From NCBI GenBank assembly GCA_965218695.1, contig OZ244651.1, positions 992,001-1,056,000 of the forward strand: DNA of 64,000 nt, read 5' to 3'. The notes under the pieces were generated by a model. That model did no database searches. It was not told where the DNA came from and saw nothing but the letters and a program-made list of their open reading frames with translations. This document shows, one piece after another, positions 19,682 to 31,425 of the stretch. The stretch comes from Nitrosopumilus sp. (GTDB lineage: Archaea > Thermoproteota > Nitrososphaeria > Nitrososphaerales > Nitrosopumilaceae). A program made the position numbers and the translations under genes. Positions within the stretch are counted from its first letter, which is position 1. Every line of letters begins with the position of its first letter.

Positions 19682-20569
19682 TCAGGTCTTTGAGTCGGCA
19701 TGTCCGGATTTTTCTATGTACCTGATGATTCCGGTATAGTCCATCTCGCCAAGTCCATGCCTGAGGGCATCCTGATACACGTCCTCTGCCCTTTCAATCA
19801 TTGGAAGGTCAATCCCCATGTTTCTTGCAGCGTGCGTTATGGTGCTGATGTCCTTCTTTAGGTTGGCAAGGGTAAATGTCGCATCCTTCATGTTCTCTAT
19901 CATCCCGTATGCCTTCCCCTGGCTCATGCCGGTCTTAAAGTACGTTGAGTTTAGGACCTCAAGGAATTTTTTGGGATCCACGCCTGACTTTCTGACAAAT
20001 GCTATTCCCTCTGAGAGTGCCAGTGCAAGCATCGTGATTTGAAGATTCATGGCAAGCTTGACAGAGTGTGCAGTTCCGCTTTCCCCCAGGAAGAACGTCC
20101 TGCTTGCAATCCCGTCAAATACGTCCCTGCAACGACTGAATGCCTCTCTGCTGCCTGATGCCATCATGACCAGATCCCCGGTGATTGCCGCGTTCGGACC
20201 TCCCATTACGGGAATGTCAAGCTTTTCGATGCCATGCTCCCGAAACACGACTGACATGTCTGCAGATTCTGAGGGATCAATTGTGCTCATGTCTGCAACA
20301 ACCAGGCCCTTGTGCGCCCCCATTACAATTCCGTTGCTCCCAAACGAGACGTCCCTTACTGCATCTGCATCCCGTACTATCGTGATCACAACGTCAGAGT
20401 CACGGGCCACCTCCATTGGCGATGGTGCAATGCGCGCGCCAGCTGCTGCCACCCTTGCAGCCTTGGTTTCGGTCCGGTTATATACCAGCACGTCAAACCC
20501 CGAATCCAGAAGATGCATGGCAACTGCGCTCCCAAGCATGCCAAGTCCGATTATTCCCACCCTCATCAT
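19682..20569 (-). CDS. 3-hydroxyisobutyrate/6-phosphogluconate dehydrogenase-family NAD(P) oxidoreductase
   Basis: GIIGLGMLG, DMST, DIPVMGG, KLAMN, KD. Confidence 0.9.
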   Translation of the reverse strand: MMRVGIIGLGMLGSAVAMHLLDSGFDVLVYNRTETKAARVAAAGARIAPSPMEVARDSDVVITIVRDADAVRDVSFGSNGIVMGAHKGLVVADMSTIDPSESADMSVVFREHGIEKLDIPVMGGPNAAITGDLVMMASGSREAFSRCRDVFDGIASRTFFLGESGTAHSVKLAMNLQITMLALALSEGIAFVRKSGVDPKKFLEVLNSTYFKTGMSQGKAYGMIENMKDATFTLANLKKDISTITHAARNMGIDLPMIERAEDVYQDALRHGLGEMDYTGIIRYIEKSGHADSKT

Positions 20570-20590
20570 GAGACACGCCCCCGAGTCATC

Positions 20591-20977
20591 CTAGTGCCGC
20601 TCCTCGTTTTTGATCTCCCACTGCCCGACTCCAAACCTTGATGCCACAAACTCCAGCTGCCCAATGGTCCTGTCGCCCCTCCTGACCTTGGCAAAGTCAA
20701 ACCTCTTCATCCTAAACACCCTTTCCTTGGGCTTGTACCCTCCCTCGATAACCTTGACCTTGAATCTCTTGCTTGCCCGGATTATCATCCTCCTTGCGGC
20801 CTGCACATCCCCAATCCACGAGAACATCTCAAAGTCCCCAAAATTGGCAGTCGAGATGCTGTACCCGTACAGTCTTGCCTCCAGTTTTATTCCCTGGGAC
20901 GCAGTCTTCTCGTTAAGCCATGCTACGACCTTTTCTGCATGTCCCTTCTCAACCCCGAACGTTTCTGAGTCACTCAT
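20591..20977 (-). CDS. Conserved hypothetical protein
   Basis: 128-aa ORF co-oriented with the dehydrogenase genes. Confidence 0.75.
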   Translation of the reverse strand: MSDSETFGVEKGHAEKVVAWLNEKTASQGIKLEARLYGYSISTANFGDFEMFSWIGDVQAARRMIIRASKRFKVKVIEGGYKPKERVFRMKRFDFAKVRRGDRTIGQLEFVASRFGVGQWEIKNEERH

Positions 20978-21553
20978 CTGATAAAATCTTCTACATCAAG
21001 CAATAATAACCATTTTGCCACACCGCTCCGTCAGGGCCTGGCAACGCCACTAATGCGGTTTTTTCCATGGTGCAGAAGTTCAGGCACATACATGGATTCA
21101 GACGACCAATGAGATTCGGTTATTTGAATAATCGTGATGTTGGGTGGACAGATCTCGCCTGCTGCTGCAGACATAACTTGAGGATTGGATCGGGTGTAAA
21201 AAAACAATAATTAAAACGGGCTGTAGGCATGTCTGTTTTTTTTATAAATGTGGAACCAATCATGTTGCAATTTCCGGTTATTTTAGGTAGTTTTAATTTT
21301 ATTTGTATTTATGCTCCAGTAATTGCCTTTATAATAAATTCAAGATACCCGAAGGCATGAAGATCACGCTACAAGACGTCAAATCCGTGGGGAACGCTGA
21401 TGCTGTTCCACCAGAGGGGCTTGTAGCCCACGAGAGCTGGAACCATTCATCCAAGTGTGTCGTGCTATTTACCCGGAAGCGAAGAGCTTTCAAAAGTGAT
21501 CCGCAGGTATGAGTAAACACGGTGATGCCACCAGAGGAGGCTGTTCTGGAATG

Positions 21554-22669
21554 TCAGTACGGCAACAAACACCGGCTACCCGATACTGAACAGTCTCCAA
21601 CCCAACTATAATTCCCCTCGATCAGTTTTTTGACAGTTGCCGGAGTTACGCAAACAGAGTTCCTGAGATCATCAGTCATTACAGTAACATGGGTGTTATC
21701 TGGGCAGGAGTGTTCCGTTATTCTATCAAGTAATGCGCCCTCAAGCATGCAGTGCAGGGCAGAGGTGCCATTCGGACAGGAGTGTTCCACTGCTGCATCA
21801 TGTGAATACCCAAACCTAAAGGTATTCACCAATGAGGCTTCCAGTACTATGGGCTGCGTGCAAATAACACTGCTGTTTGACAACAATACTGGTATTGATC
21901 CTCCTCCCCCTCCCCTCACATGAGTCCCAATACACAAATCCGGGAGTCATGAGAGCGCATGCAGCTGGGTCTACAGCATAGTAATCATTGTCCTCAACGC
22001 AGTGATCCGCCCACTGCAAGCCTTTGTAAAACTCCAAAGCGGTTCCTACAATTTGGTATGACTGAACAGAAACAGTCAGAAATGTAACACGAATATTGAC
22101 TCGATCGGCATGTGGAGAAGGAACCATGTTGGTTGTTTGGCGCCCGGACGTTTGATTGCTTACGCTTGCCTTCCCATCATGACCATAAATTGTAAATCCA
22201 AAAATATTATGAGATGTTATTGGTGGGATGATAGCGTAAGGGACAGTTAGTCGAAAATTGCTGGTTGTGTCTATGTCCTCAAAATAAGCCGTAATTCCGA
22301 AGTAATCACATTCCATGTTGACAACCCTGCTGCTTGTCAGTTCATAGTCAATACTAAATTGCGGTCCGGTTGCAGATCTGCCAAGATGCGACTCGCAACG
22401 TACGGGCACGATATTGACAAATCCCCTCTGTTCAAGCACATCCGCCGAACTCTCGTATACGCAAGATGGGCTGCCACCGGGAGAGGGCATCAGTATTTTT
22501 GCATCCGCGCATTGTATCTGTTCGGCAAGAACCCCCGCTGAAACTGCTTGTAGGGCTACATGGTTTCTGTCTCTGCAAATAATGTGTTAGTATTTTTGGG
22601 GCCAAGATGAATTATAAGCATAATTATTAGTGAGGCAAACGCAGCTGTCTTTATGTTTTGTAATGCCAT
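21554..22669 (-). pseudogene. Decayed secreted protein with thaumarchaeal Cys-containing repeat modules
   Basis: Signal peptide, stop, PYKQFQRG..QIQC..SPSCVYESSADVLEQRGF, and a C-terminal VCVTPATVKKLIE; several frameshifts. Confidence 0.6.
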
Positions 22670-22762
22670 ATAGTTAATCATACACACATATTGATATTTA
22701 GTTGTGTTTGTGTAACCAGAAGGCTTCCCAAAGGCAACAGGTCCCAAGGTTCCATTTGGTAA

Positions 22763-23407
22763 TTACCTTGACAGGATTACGGTCCCATCTCCAATAAACA
22801 AGGCGTTGACTGCCATGTATGCGATTATGGAGACGATGGCAATTCCGAATGCCTTTGCGGTTCCGAATGCGTTTATCGCCTTTATTGCCTTTATAGTCAC
22901 AAACAGAAACCACGCTCCAAACGAGATTGGGACTACATTGTACAGAATAGGGATATAGGAAAAGAAATCGGGCACGGTTAGCGGCGCAGATGAATCAGGG
23001 GGAACTGAGTAATACGACCAGAATGTACCAACCAGCCCAAGTAAAACCGCAAGCAAGATGTACAAAACATGTATGTGAAAAATTGCATCAAACGTCAGTT
23101 TCCAGCACCGGTTACCGCCAAGTCTCGTTCCTGCAATGTGAATTATCACCGGTACAGTCATGCTGCTTGCCAGAGTTGATATCAACCACCACAGACTATC
23201 CCGGCTCGATAAATCCAATTGTCCATAGAGGATACCTGACGATGTGATGGCGACGCCAAGGGTTACTCCGATCAAAAATATCACAACGGCCTGCCCAAAA
23301 TACACGCCATTGCCGTCTTTAATGCGCGCAAATGCGGCATTTGGCGATATTATTATCAGGTATGGTATTCTGAGATCAAAATGCACTGACAGTGCCACCC
23401 TAGACAA
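22763..23407 (-). CDS. Yip1-like multipass membrane protein
   Basis: IISPNAAFARIK followed by about five hydrophobic segments. Confidence 0.65.
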   Translation of the reverse strand: MSRVALSVHFDLRIPYLIIISPNAAFARIKDGNGVYFGQAVVIFLIGVTLGVAITSSGILYGQLDLSSRDSLWWLISTLASSMTVPVIIHIAGTRLGGNRCWKLTFDAIFHIHVLYILLAVLLGLVGTFWSYYSVPPDSSAPLTVPDFFSYIPILYNVVPISFGAWFLFVTIKAIKAINAFGTAKAFGIAIVSIIAYMAVNALFIGDGTVILSR

Positions 23408-24049
23408 TAATTTAGGGGTTTGTTTTGGTCAAATACTGCAGAATACTTCCAAATTGTGCGTTAATTCCCAAAATATGTTCAGGTATCGTCCCTGCCCGCA
23501 ATCCACCTCAGAAGATCATCCGGGAGGGAACCGAAACGCCACGGTATTTTTTGATTTTTTTGCTCTCTCAAGGATATTCTCCTCACGATTGTGAGACAGT
23601 CGCGTATGCCAGTGACTTCAGCATTTAGCCTGGAGTGCTCCTTTTCATGTGCCATAAGCGACGCCATAGGCAATACCGTAAACGGCTCGACATCACTTGA
23701 CGGTTCTGGAATAGGGGAATCAGATGCCAAGTTGGAACCCTCAATCGTGTAATAGTGTTCAGCTAACCCAAAAGTAATTTTGTCCACGTAACGCACATGC
23801 GCCAAAACATGGCTGCAGAAGCATTCGACCTAGATGATCAGTGTCAACGCACGTCACATCGGACCGCATTCCGGGCTCGGGATGGTTGTTGTGCAGATAA
23901 GTGGATTCGGGGATGCACGGCATGCACCACCACACAGGACAACCCAGAATCCATAATATCCTTGCCGGGTTTTTATTTAAGCGCACCCGTGCGGCGGCAA
24001 GGCGTGCCGTGCAGGCACAAACGCAGCACGCCCCGGGGAGGCAGCCGGG

Positions 24050-25288
24050 ATGAGCAGACACGGCGTGCCCTCCAATCAGGGGGCAAACAAGATCATGCGC
24101 GACTTCCGAAACAACTCCCGGATCCGCTGCCAAATGATGCCGGGACTCTGCGACGTCGTCGGGTCGATCGTCCCTCTTCCGGCCGGACGCAACAGGAAAT
24201 ACGGCGTATCGGACCTGAGCGACGGCATGGTGAGGGGAGCCATCCTTGACACGTCAGTCGGCGGCGCGGCCAACGGCATGCGGCCAACATCGGAGGCCGG
24301 AGACGCAAGGGCAGGCCATGCGGTTCCAAGTGACGAGTGGTTCCGGCTGAGGCTGCTTGGCATCGACGAGGACAACATGGCGTGCCGGTTCAGGCAGGCA
24401 GTCTCTGGGCAGCTGGACCGGCTGGGACAGGCAGGCATGCTGCCTGTCGAGGGGCTCACAGTCGCCATAGACATGCACCTGATATCCCGGTATGACCGAA
24501 CGCGCGGTCCCGAGCTTGCGCGCTCTAGGTACAAAAACGGGACAAAATATTTTGAAAGATACATCACCGCCCAAGCAGTCAACCCCGGCGCGCGCCTGAA
24601 CCTTGCCGCGCTGGGCGTGCCGGCGCTCACGTCAGGCCCGGACATGGCAGGAGCCGTGCTTGACGGCTGCCTTGCCGCAGGAGCCAAGATCGGCCTTGTC
24701 CTGATGGACAGGGAATTTTTTGCAATGCAGACGATCGACGCGCTAAACAGCAGGGGAATCGACTACCTCATGCCTGCCAGGAACACCCCCGGGGTGGCAG
24801 AGGCGCTGCGGGAGTTTGCAGAAGGCACCAGAAACGCAGTCTCAGAGTACGTCATGCACGGCCGGGGCAAGTCGGCATCGTGCTTTCTGTCCATAGTGAG
24901 GCGAAAGGGCTGCCAAGATCCCAACGCCAAACCAGAAGAGAAGTACATCGGGTTTGCCACCAGCGTGCCGGGCATAAACCCCGACGCGTATGCCGCCCGA
25001 TGGGGGATAGAGACCGGATACGCCAAGATAGAGAGCATGAGGGCCAAGACGCGCAGCCGCAACCGCGTCGCGCGCCTCTTCTGCTTCCTGTACTCCCTGC
25101 TGTTATTCAACCTGTGGGTTGCAGCCAACGCGCTTTTGGCGTTCCGGTCAGGAGACCATGCCGGCCCCAAGACCACGCAGACTGCGCTAAAGTTCGTGCT
25201 GCTGTTGTGGATCCTTGGGCAGCGGCCCGGTCCCGAACCCCCGCCGGGCTTGCCTGACTTGCCCGGCGTCCGGCCAGTGCCCGCCTGA
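24050..25288 (+). mobile_element. ISH3/IS4-like DDE transposase (element ends not resolved)
   Basis: AIDMH, MDREFF, YAARWGIETGY, RLFCFLYSLLLFNLW; high GC. Confidence 0.85.
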
Positions 25289-25566
25289 TCTCATCTGTTG
25301 CCTGCCTGCCTGCATGCCGCATGACAGGGCATATTGCGCACATTTTTTCACGCCGCGTCGATATCTGCACATCACATGGACAGGATGCCAGCACTCCGGG
25401 TTTGGGATGCGCGTGTCGGTCGACTAATTCCGTTTTCATGGAACCTGCGGGCAGTTTTACATCAGAATGCATGGCATCACGTGTTGGACTTGCGTGTAGT
25501 GAATTAGATTTGGGTTAGCTGGTGTTACCAATACCTACTTTAAGGCATAGTTGGAATGCCCATCAG

Positions 25567-26793
25567 TTGCCAGCAGAGTATCATTATGACGTAATAGTCG
25601 TGGGGGGAGGTCCGGCAGGATCCTCTGCAGCATGTACGGCTGCAAAAAACGGGGCAAGCGTGGTCCTGCTGGAGAAGGAAGGTGCCATTGCAGAGAGTGT
25701 CAGGACCAGTGGCGTCACATGGATTCAGGATGTCAGGGAGTTTGGAATTCCCGACGAGTGTTTTAATCCTGTAAAAAACTTCTCGTTCTGTTCTTCAAAC
25801 AACGAGGTCACCATAACAGATACGGTTCCAAGAGCAGCGGTGCTTGATGTGAGAGGGACATACAGATGGCTGGCAGAGGAGGCACGAAAGGCTGGTGCAG
25901 AGATCATGCTCAAGACCAACGTCACAGGCATCATCAGAAATAAGAGCGGCGACATTGCAGGAGTAAGCGGGACCGGGGCAGACGGGGAGGAGGCCACATT
26001 CCACGGAAAGGTGGTAATTGACGCAAGCGGGTTTTCGTCTGTAGTGTGCAGGGCAATGGATCTTGCGCCCCAGTGGAAGAGATTCGGTGCCGGGGCAGAG
26101 TACGAGGCCAGGGTGGAGAACGCGGATCCGGACACATGGTGGCTGATGGTGGGGCAAAAGTACTCCCCCGCAGGATACGCGTGGATCTTTCCTGTCGGAG
26201 GGGACGTTGTAAGGATTGGTGTGGGTGTGGGAAAGCCCGAATCGGACATAGACCCCACGCAGAGGCTCAATGACTTGATAAGGGACGGAACCGGACCCAT
26301 AAAAAAACTGGGCAAGATAACGCCAATAGAGTTTCACTACGGCATGATTCCAAACGACGGACTCGTGCGAAGGACAGTCTTTAACAACCTGATCATGGTG
26401 GGGGATTCTGCAGGACAGGCAAACCCGCTGGTGCTAGAGGGCATCAGGTATGCCATAAGGTACGGCAGAACCGCAGGAAGGGTCGCATCGGATGCTGCAA
26501 AAACCGGAAGAACCGACAGGGACAGCATGTACAGGTATGAGGAGGAGTGGAGAAGCGGGATAGAGTCAAAGATAAACTCCGCAGGAGGCATCCAGAACAG
26601 GTGGATTGGGTTCTCAGACAGGGAGTGGGACGAGGAGCTCAACGTCATCAGCGAGCTAAAGCCGGACGAGTTTCTGGATTTCATAAGGGCCGAGTTTGGC
26701 CTGTCATACATAATCAGGCTCACCAAAAATCATCCAAGGCTTGCCGTGAGGCAGCTGTTTGGCATGGTAAGAAGGCGCGCCGCACAGCGATAA
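25567..26793 (+). CDS. Geranylgeranyl reductase-family FAD oxidoreductase
   Basis: GGGPAG, DASG, GYAWIFP, GDSAG..NP..LEGI. Confidence 0.9.
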   Translation: MPAEYHYDVIVVGGGPAGSSAACTAAKNGASVVLLEKEGAIAESVRTSGVTWIQDVREFGIPDECFNPVKNFSFCSSNNEVTITDTVPRAAVLDVRGTYRWLAEEARKAGAEIMLKTNVTGIIRNKSGDIAGVSGTGADGEEATFHGKVVIDASGFSSVVCRAMDLAPQWKRFGAGAEYEARVENADPDTWWLMVGQKYSPAGYAWIFPVGGDVVRIGVGVGKPESDIDPTQRLNDLIRDGTGPIKKLGKITPIEFHYGMIPNDGLVRRTVFNNLIMVGDSAGQANPLVLEGIRYAIRYGRTAGRVASDAAKTGRTDRDSMYRYEEEWRSGIESKINSAGGIQNRWIGFSDREWDEELNVISELKPDEFLDFIRAEFGLSYIIRLTKNHPRLAVRQLFGMVRRRAAQR

Positions 26794-26945
26794 AGCCGGA
26801 TGCGGCCGCACGCCAACAAAACGACTGGGGCATGCAGCATTACCAGACTGCCCGTATTCCGATATGTGGCCAAACCGGCACACTCCCACGAGTCGTCCCT
26901 GCAAGACCCTGCCGGCAAAGGAAGATTAAGAGGGGCACAGACTGC

Positions 26946-27581
26946 ATGCATGTGGATGCAGTCGAGAAGACATTTGACAGCTGGGCCCTGAACGGGAAAG
27001 CCGAGATACTGGAAAAGGGACATGGCAGGAACGTGGCAAGGTTTCTCCAGGATGTCTCATTTGATCACCCGTTTACGTTTCTGGATGTCGGCTGCGGGAA
27101 TGGATGGGTGGTCAGAATGATTGCAGGGAATAAAAACTGTACAAAGGCAGTCGGGATAGACAAGAGCGGCAGCATGGTCGCGCAGGCTGCAAAGAAGGCC
27201 AAAAGCAAAAAGGAGGTATTTGTCCACACGGACATCGAGTCCTGGGGGCATGGGGAGACATTTGACTATGTCTTCTCGATGGAGTCGCTGTACTATGCAG
27301 ACTCGGTCGAGACTGCACTTGAAAGGATATACAGGCTGGTAAAGCCGGACGGGACGTTCTTTTGCGGAACCGATTTTTACACCGAGAACCGTGCCACAGC
27401 AGGGTGGGCAGATAACATGAAGGTCCGGATGCACCTGCATTCAAGGGACCGGTGGGTGGCCCTTTTTCAGGAGGCAGGATTTACCGTACAAACAAGGCAG
27501 GTGACGGATCCGTCGGATGCAGAAAAGTGGAAGAGGGATCTTGGGACTCTCTTCATCACAGGCACCAGGCCCAAAGGGTAA
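26946..27581 (+). CDS. Class I SAM-dependent methyltransferase
   Basis: LDVGCGNG, FDYVFSMESLYY, KPDG; start placed at ATG 26946 rather than 26547. Confidence 0.88.
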   Translation: MHVDAVEKTFDSWALNGKAEILEKGHGRNVARFLQDVSFDHPFTFLDVGCGNGWVVRMIAGNKNCTKAVGIDKSGSMVAQAAKKAKSKKEVFVHTDIESWGHGETFDYVFSMESLYYADSVETALERIYRLVKPDGTFFCGTDFYTENRATAGWADNMKVRMHLHSRDRWVALFQEAGFTVQTRQVTDPSDAEKWKRDLGTLFITGTRPKG

Positions 27582-28093
27582 CACTCAATAGCCAACTGTT
27601 TTTCCACTCCTATCTTTTCGAGTGATTTCAGCAGATACGAAACATTGCTCCAACAAAATTATATGGTTTACTGCATGTCTGCTGACGGTCTAATTATCAC
27701 AATTTTGGAAGTGTCATGGAACCCGACCGACGACCTGAACGCTGGCAAATTATCACATTTTGGAACAATGGCGGCAGTGCCGAGTGATTACTTTTCGGGG
27801 TCAGGAAGAGGATCCGATCAAGACGAAGCGGTTTCTGCTACTGGCTCTGTTCAAAATCGTGGATCTTGTCCAAAACCCATCCAATCGACGCGTGGCAGAT
27901 CACCATGTTTGAACAGAGTCTGTACTACAATATCCCTGGAATCTAGCATTATCCGATTCATATCTAACTTCTATTAGATCATATGAGTAATCGACCACTT
28001 TCAACATAACAAAAATACGCCGCAATAGATCCTATGATTAACCCCCCATCACATCGATAAATTTAGATCAGGCACGATCGCGTTTCACATCAA

Positions 28094-29341
28094 ATGCCAG
28101 ACTCACCTGATCAGATCATACGCAAGTTAGAACAGGAAAACAAAAAGCTAAAAAAGATTCTAAATCAGAAAGACAAAAAGCTGGAGCAGAAAGACGAGGA
28201 GCTGGAGCAGAAAGACGAGGAGCTGAGCCTTGAGCGCAGCCTGTGGAAGCGCAGGGACGGCGCGTTGAGCAAGGATGCCGGCAAGAGTGAAATGCTGCAC
28301 CGGATCGAGGTTTTTGACGAAATAATCGGCAGCAAGACCAAGATTTACCGGGCCACGCTAAAAGACAAGGAAAAGTTCCAGTTCATGCTGGTGTATGCCA
28401 AGGAATACATGAAGCATTCTGGCCAGATGCCGTTGTTTCGCGACGACGATTCCAGAAAGTCCGATCCCGGAAACCGGTGCAAGCTGCACCTGAGGCACGC
28501 CCTGCTCATGGCGTTGATGCACAAAAAGGACAACATCACCCAGGGCGTACTTGGCGCAGTCTTCGGGATAGACCAGGCCGCCGTGTCGCGGTACCTCAAG
28601 GTAATCGACGAGATGCTGGAAGGAACGCTTCCCACGGCAAACAGTGTGTCAGGGGAGATATCTGCAGCACCCACCAAAGAAGAGTTCAAGAAGATCGTGC
28701 CCGGCCCTGACGGGGGCAAGATATTTGCAGACGGCACGCACTGCCCCGTGCAGCGCCCGTCCGAAAGGACGGTCAGGCGCATGAAATACTCTGGCAAGAA
28801 AAAGAAATTCACCAATAACACCAATGTGTACGCCAACGAAAACGGGGTGATAATCGGCATATCAAAGAGCACCGTCGGGTCAGTCGGCGACATCACGCTT
28901 CTCAAGGAACGCCCCATGCCGTTTGGAAGATGGGAGGAGGTGATGCACGACCCGGATCTGCCCGAGGCACAACGGTGCCACGTCTTTGTCGACCGCGGCT
29001 ACCAGGGGATCGAAAAACACCTGCCCGGCACAATCCCGGAGATCCCGTACAAGAAGAGCAAGAAGGCGCCCCTGACGCCGGAGCAAAGGGAGCACAACCA
29101 CAGGATCCACTCCGAGCGCGTGCTAGTCGAGCACACCATAGGCAGGCTCAAGCGCTACGCGCGTCTTTCCGACCCGTACGACGGCAACGCGGCGCAGTTC
29201 AACCGGGAGTTCAACGTGCTCACCGGGCTGGTGAACCTGGACCTCTTGTGGGATTATGTGCAAAAGGGCCCGCCGCCACCGGGCCGGTGGAAGATGCAGG
29301 TAGACTGGGACAAAGCCTGCTCCCGGGAACCTGTCAAGTAG
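28094..29341 (+). mobile_element. IS5-family (ISL2/IS702-like, DDE_Tnp_4) transposase
   Basis: FGIDQAAVSR HTH, DGTHCPVQRP, YSGKKK, DRGY, RVLVEHTIGRLK. Confidence 0.88.
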
Positions 29342-29401
29342 AATTCAGGGCACATCGAGGTGCTACAGGACTGCGCACGCCATCTTGGATTTTGTAATAA
29401 A

Positions 29402-29726
29402 TTAATTCGCCACGCACTCGGCATAGTTGGCATTTAGTCGTATTTTTCTGATTTTATGGCCCAAACCGGCAAGATGGGAGGGATTACTCATGAGTTCTAT
29501 TGGAATATCTTCCCCAATGAGTCCTCGGATACCAGATTCAAGTTCTGTCGATTCATCCTTGTCAACGGTTATGGTTAAAAGTCCAGTAGATGAGCCGATA
29601 TAAACTTCCAATAGTGGGAGTTCACTTTCCACCAAGGCGGATGCTGCGTTAATCATCTGTTCTTTTAACTGTGAGTCAATTTCTACGGTTGGGCCAGGAG
29701 GAACTATTGTATCTAATTGTGCAAAC
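29402..29726 (-). pseudogene. Gene fragment between IS5 and IS66
   Basis: Open frame running to the IS66 end; low-GC composition. Confidence 0.4.
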
Positions 29727-31252
29727 GTAAGTGTTCACGTGGTTTAACTCATTTTTAGGCGTATTTTGCAATCTCCGCCAAGTAATCCAATTTCTTGTTT
29801 TTCCATGTCATTACACATGAAAAGAAATTCGCCATCCACGTCATCGTCTCCTCTGCCCTTATGCTGCCCCGTATTTTTCTGTGCACGACTATCTCGCGCA
29901 ACCCGCGTTCTGCAGCATTGTTTGTAGGCGGGATCTTTGGGTTCAGCACGAACCGGAACAGGTCGCTGCCAGCATTGCTGATCTTGACCATGAATTTTTC
30001 CAATATTGGATCGTCGGCGTACCTTGCAACGATCTTTTCGATGCATGACGTCAGCATGGCAGACGCGTTGTCCCGGAGAGAGCGCGAGCGTTTCCTGCTT
30101 GCCCTTCTGGCATAATCATAGATTATGCGCAGGTGCTTCAGGACGTTGCGCGCGCCTGGGCAGTCCGGATTGCGGTTGCAGATGTCCCTGGCCTCGCGTA
30201 TTATGTGCGACCAGCAGCGCTGGACGCGGTATTTTCCGTACGCCGTCCAGCCGTCGCACACTAACGTGCCGTCCCAACCCCCAAGCGCTTCTTTCAGAAC
30301 CTTTGCCCCCCGGCTGTCCCGTATCACGTACAGCGCGTGCCCGGTCAGCGGATCGTGCAGTATCCACACCCAGACGTTGCGGCCGTTTAGGTGAATCGAT
30401 GTCTCGTCGGCGTGCAGTATCTTGGCCTTGCGTATCATGGCGGCAATGGCTGCCGCAGGGGCGCCCAGCGACGTTCCCAGCCTGCGCATTATGTTGTGCG
30501 CCGTGCCCGAGGAGAGTGTAATTCCGTACCGCGACATGCGGTCTGCGATCATCCTAAACGGCATGCGACACACGTAATCGTCTGCAACATCAGTCGTTAT
30601 GCTCGGATCGTAGCTGCCCTTGTCTGGAAGGCCGGTCTCGGGCTTGATGTCCACCAGACCGCAGGAGCAGCGACACGTGTTTATGGTGTGGCGCGTGGTG
30701 ATGACCTTTATCGTGCGCTCCACCCTGGTAATGTCGCGTTTTTCTGACTGCACTATGGAAAGGCTACCCGAGCCGCATTCGGGGCAGGCCTCCGGGGTGT
30801 GTTCCTCAAACTCGGTGGGTTTTGGCTTGCGGGTGCGGCCCATGTGGCCTTTTTGCCCCCCGCGCGACTTCCCGCTGCCGGCCGCATCCACGCGGTCCTT
30901 TTGATCCCGGGAGGCTTTTGTGGATTTATTGTAGGCATTCTTTTCGTCGCCTTTTCCCTTTGTGTCAGGCCATCCGGGCCCCCTTTTTTGTGATGACGGG
31001 GTGTTGTAATTGTCATGCCGCACCAGCCTGCGCTTAAGATCAGCAACTGCCAGATTCAATTCCTCAATTATCTGCCCTTGCATCTCAATCGTCTGCTTGA
31101 GCTTGATGTTCTCAGTCTTGAGATCCGTGTACATCTTTTTGAGTTCAGCCTGGCTTTTCACATCGGGTTTGGATTACCATCCTATTTGGATCTGTGGTTT
31201 GCACAAAATTTACCCAAGAGTGAACTGAATTAGGCACGACGTGAACACTTAC
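29727..31252 (-). mobile_element. IS66-family element, copy B (transposase 29755-31161)
   Basis: Inverted near-identical copy of 10773-12298; identical protein, two nucleotide differences spotted; no TSD. Confidence 0.95.
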
Positions 31253-31425
31253 AAAATAACAAAAAATTCCAATCCTCTAAACTGCAGCAAAACGTATTTT
31301 TACAATAAAAAACATTCTCATTTTTTTGCACTCAAATTTTACGGCATTTAACAACAATTGCTGCCTTGCTCAGACCCGAATGTCTAAGCCTGGATTGACG
31401 GTGCGCAGCTGCGGGACGGTCAGTA

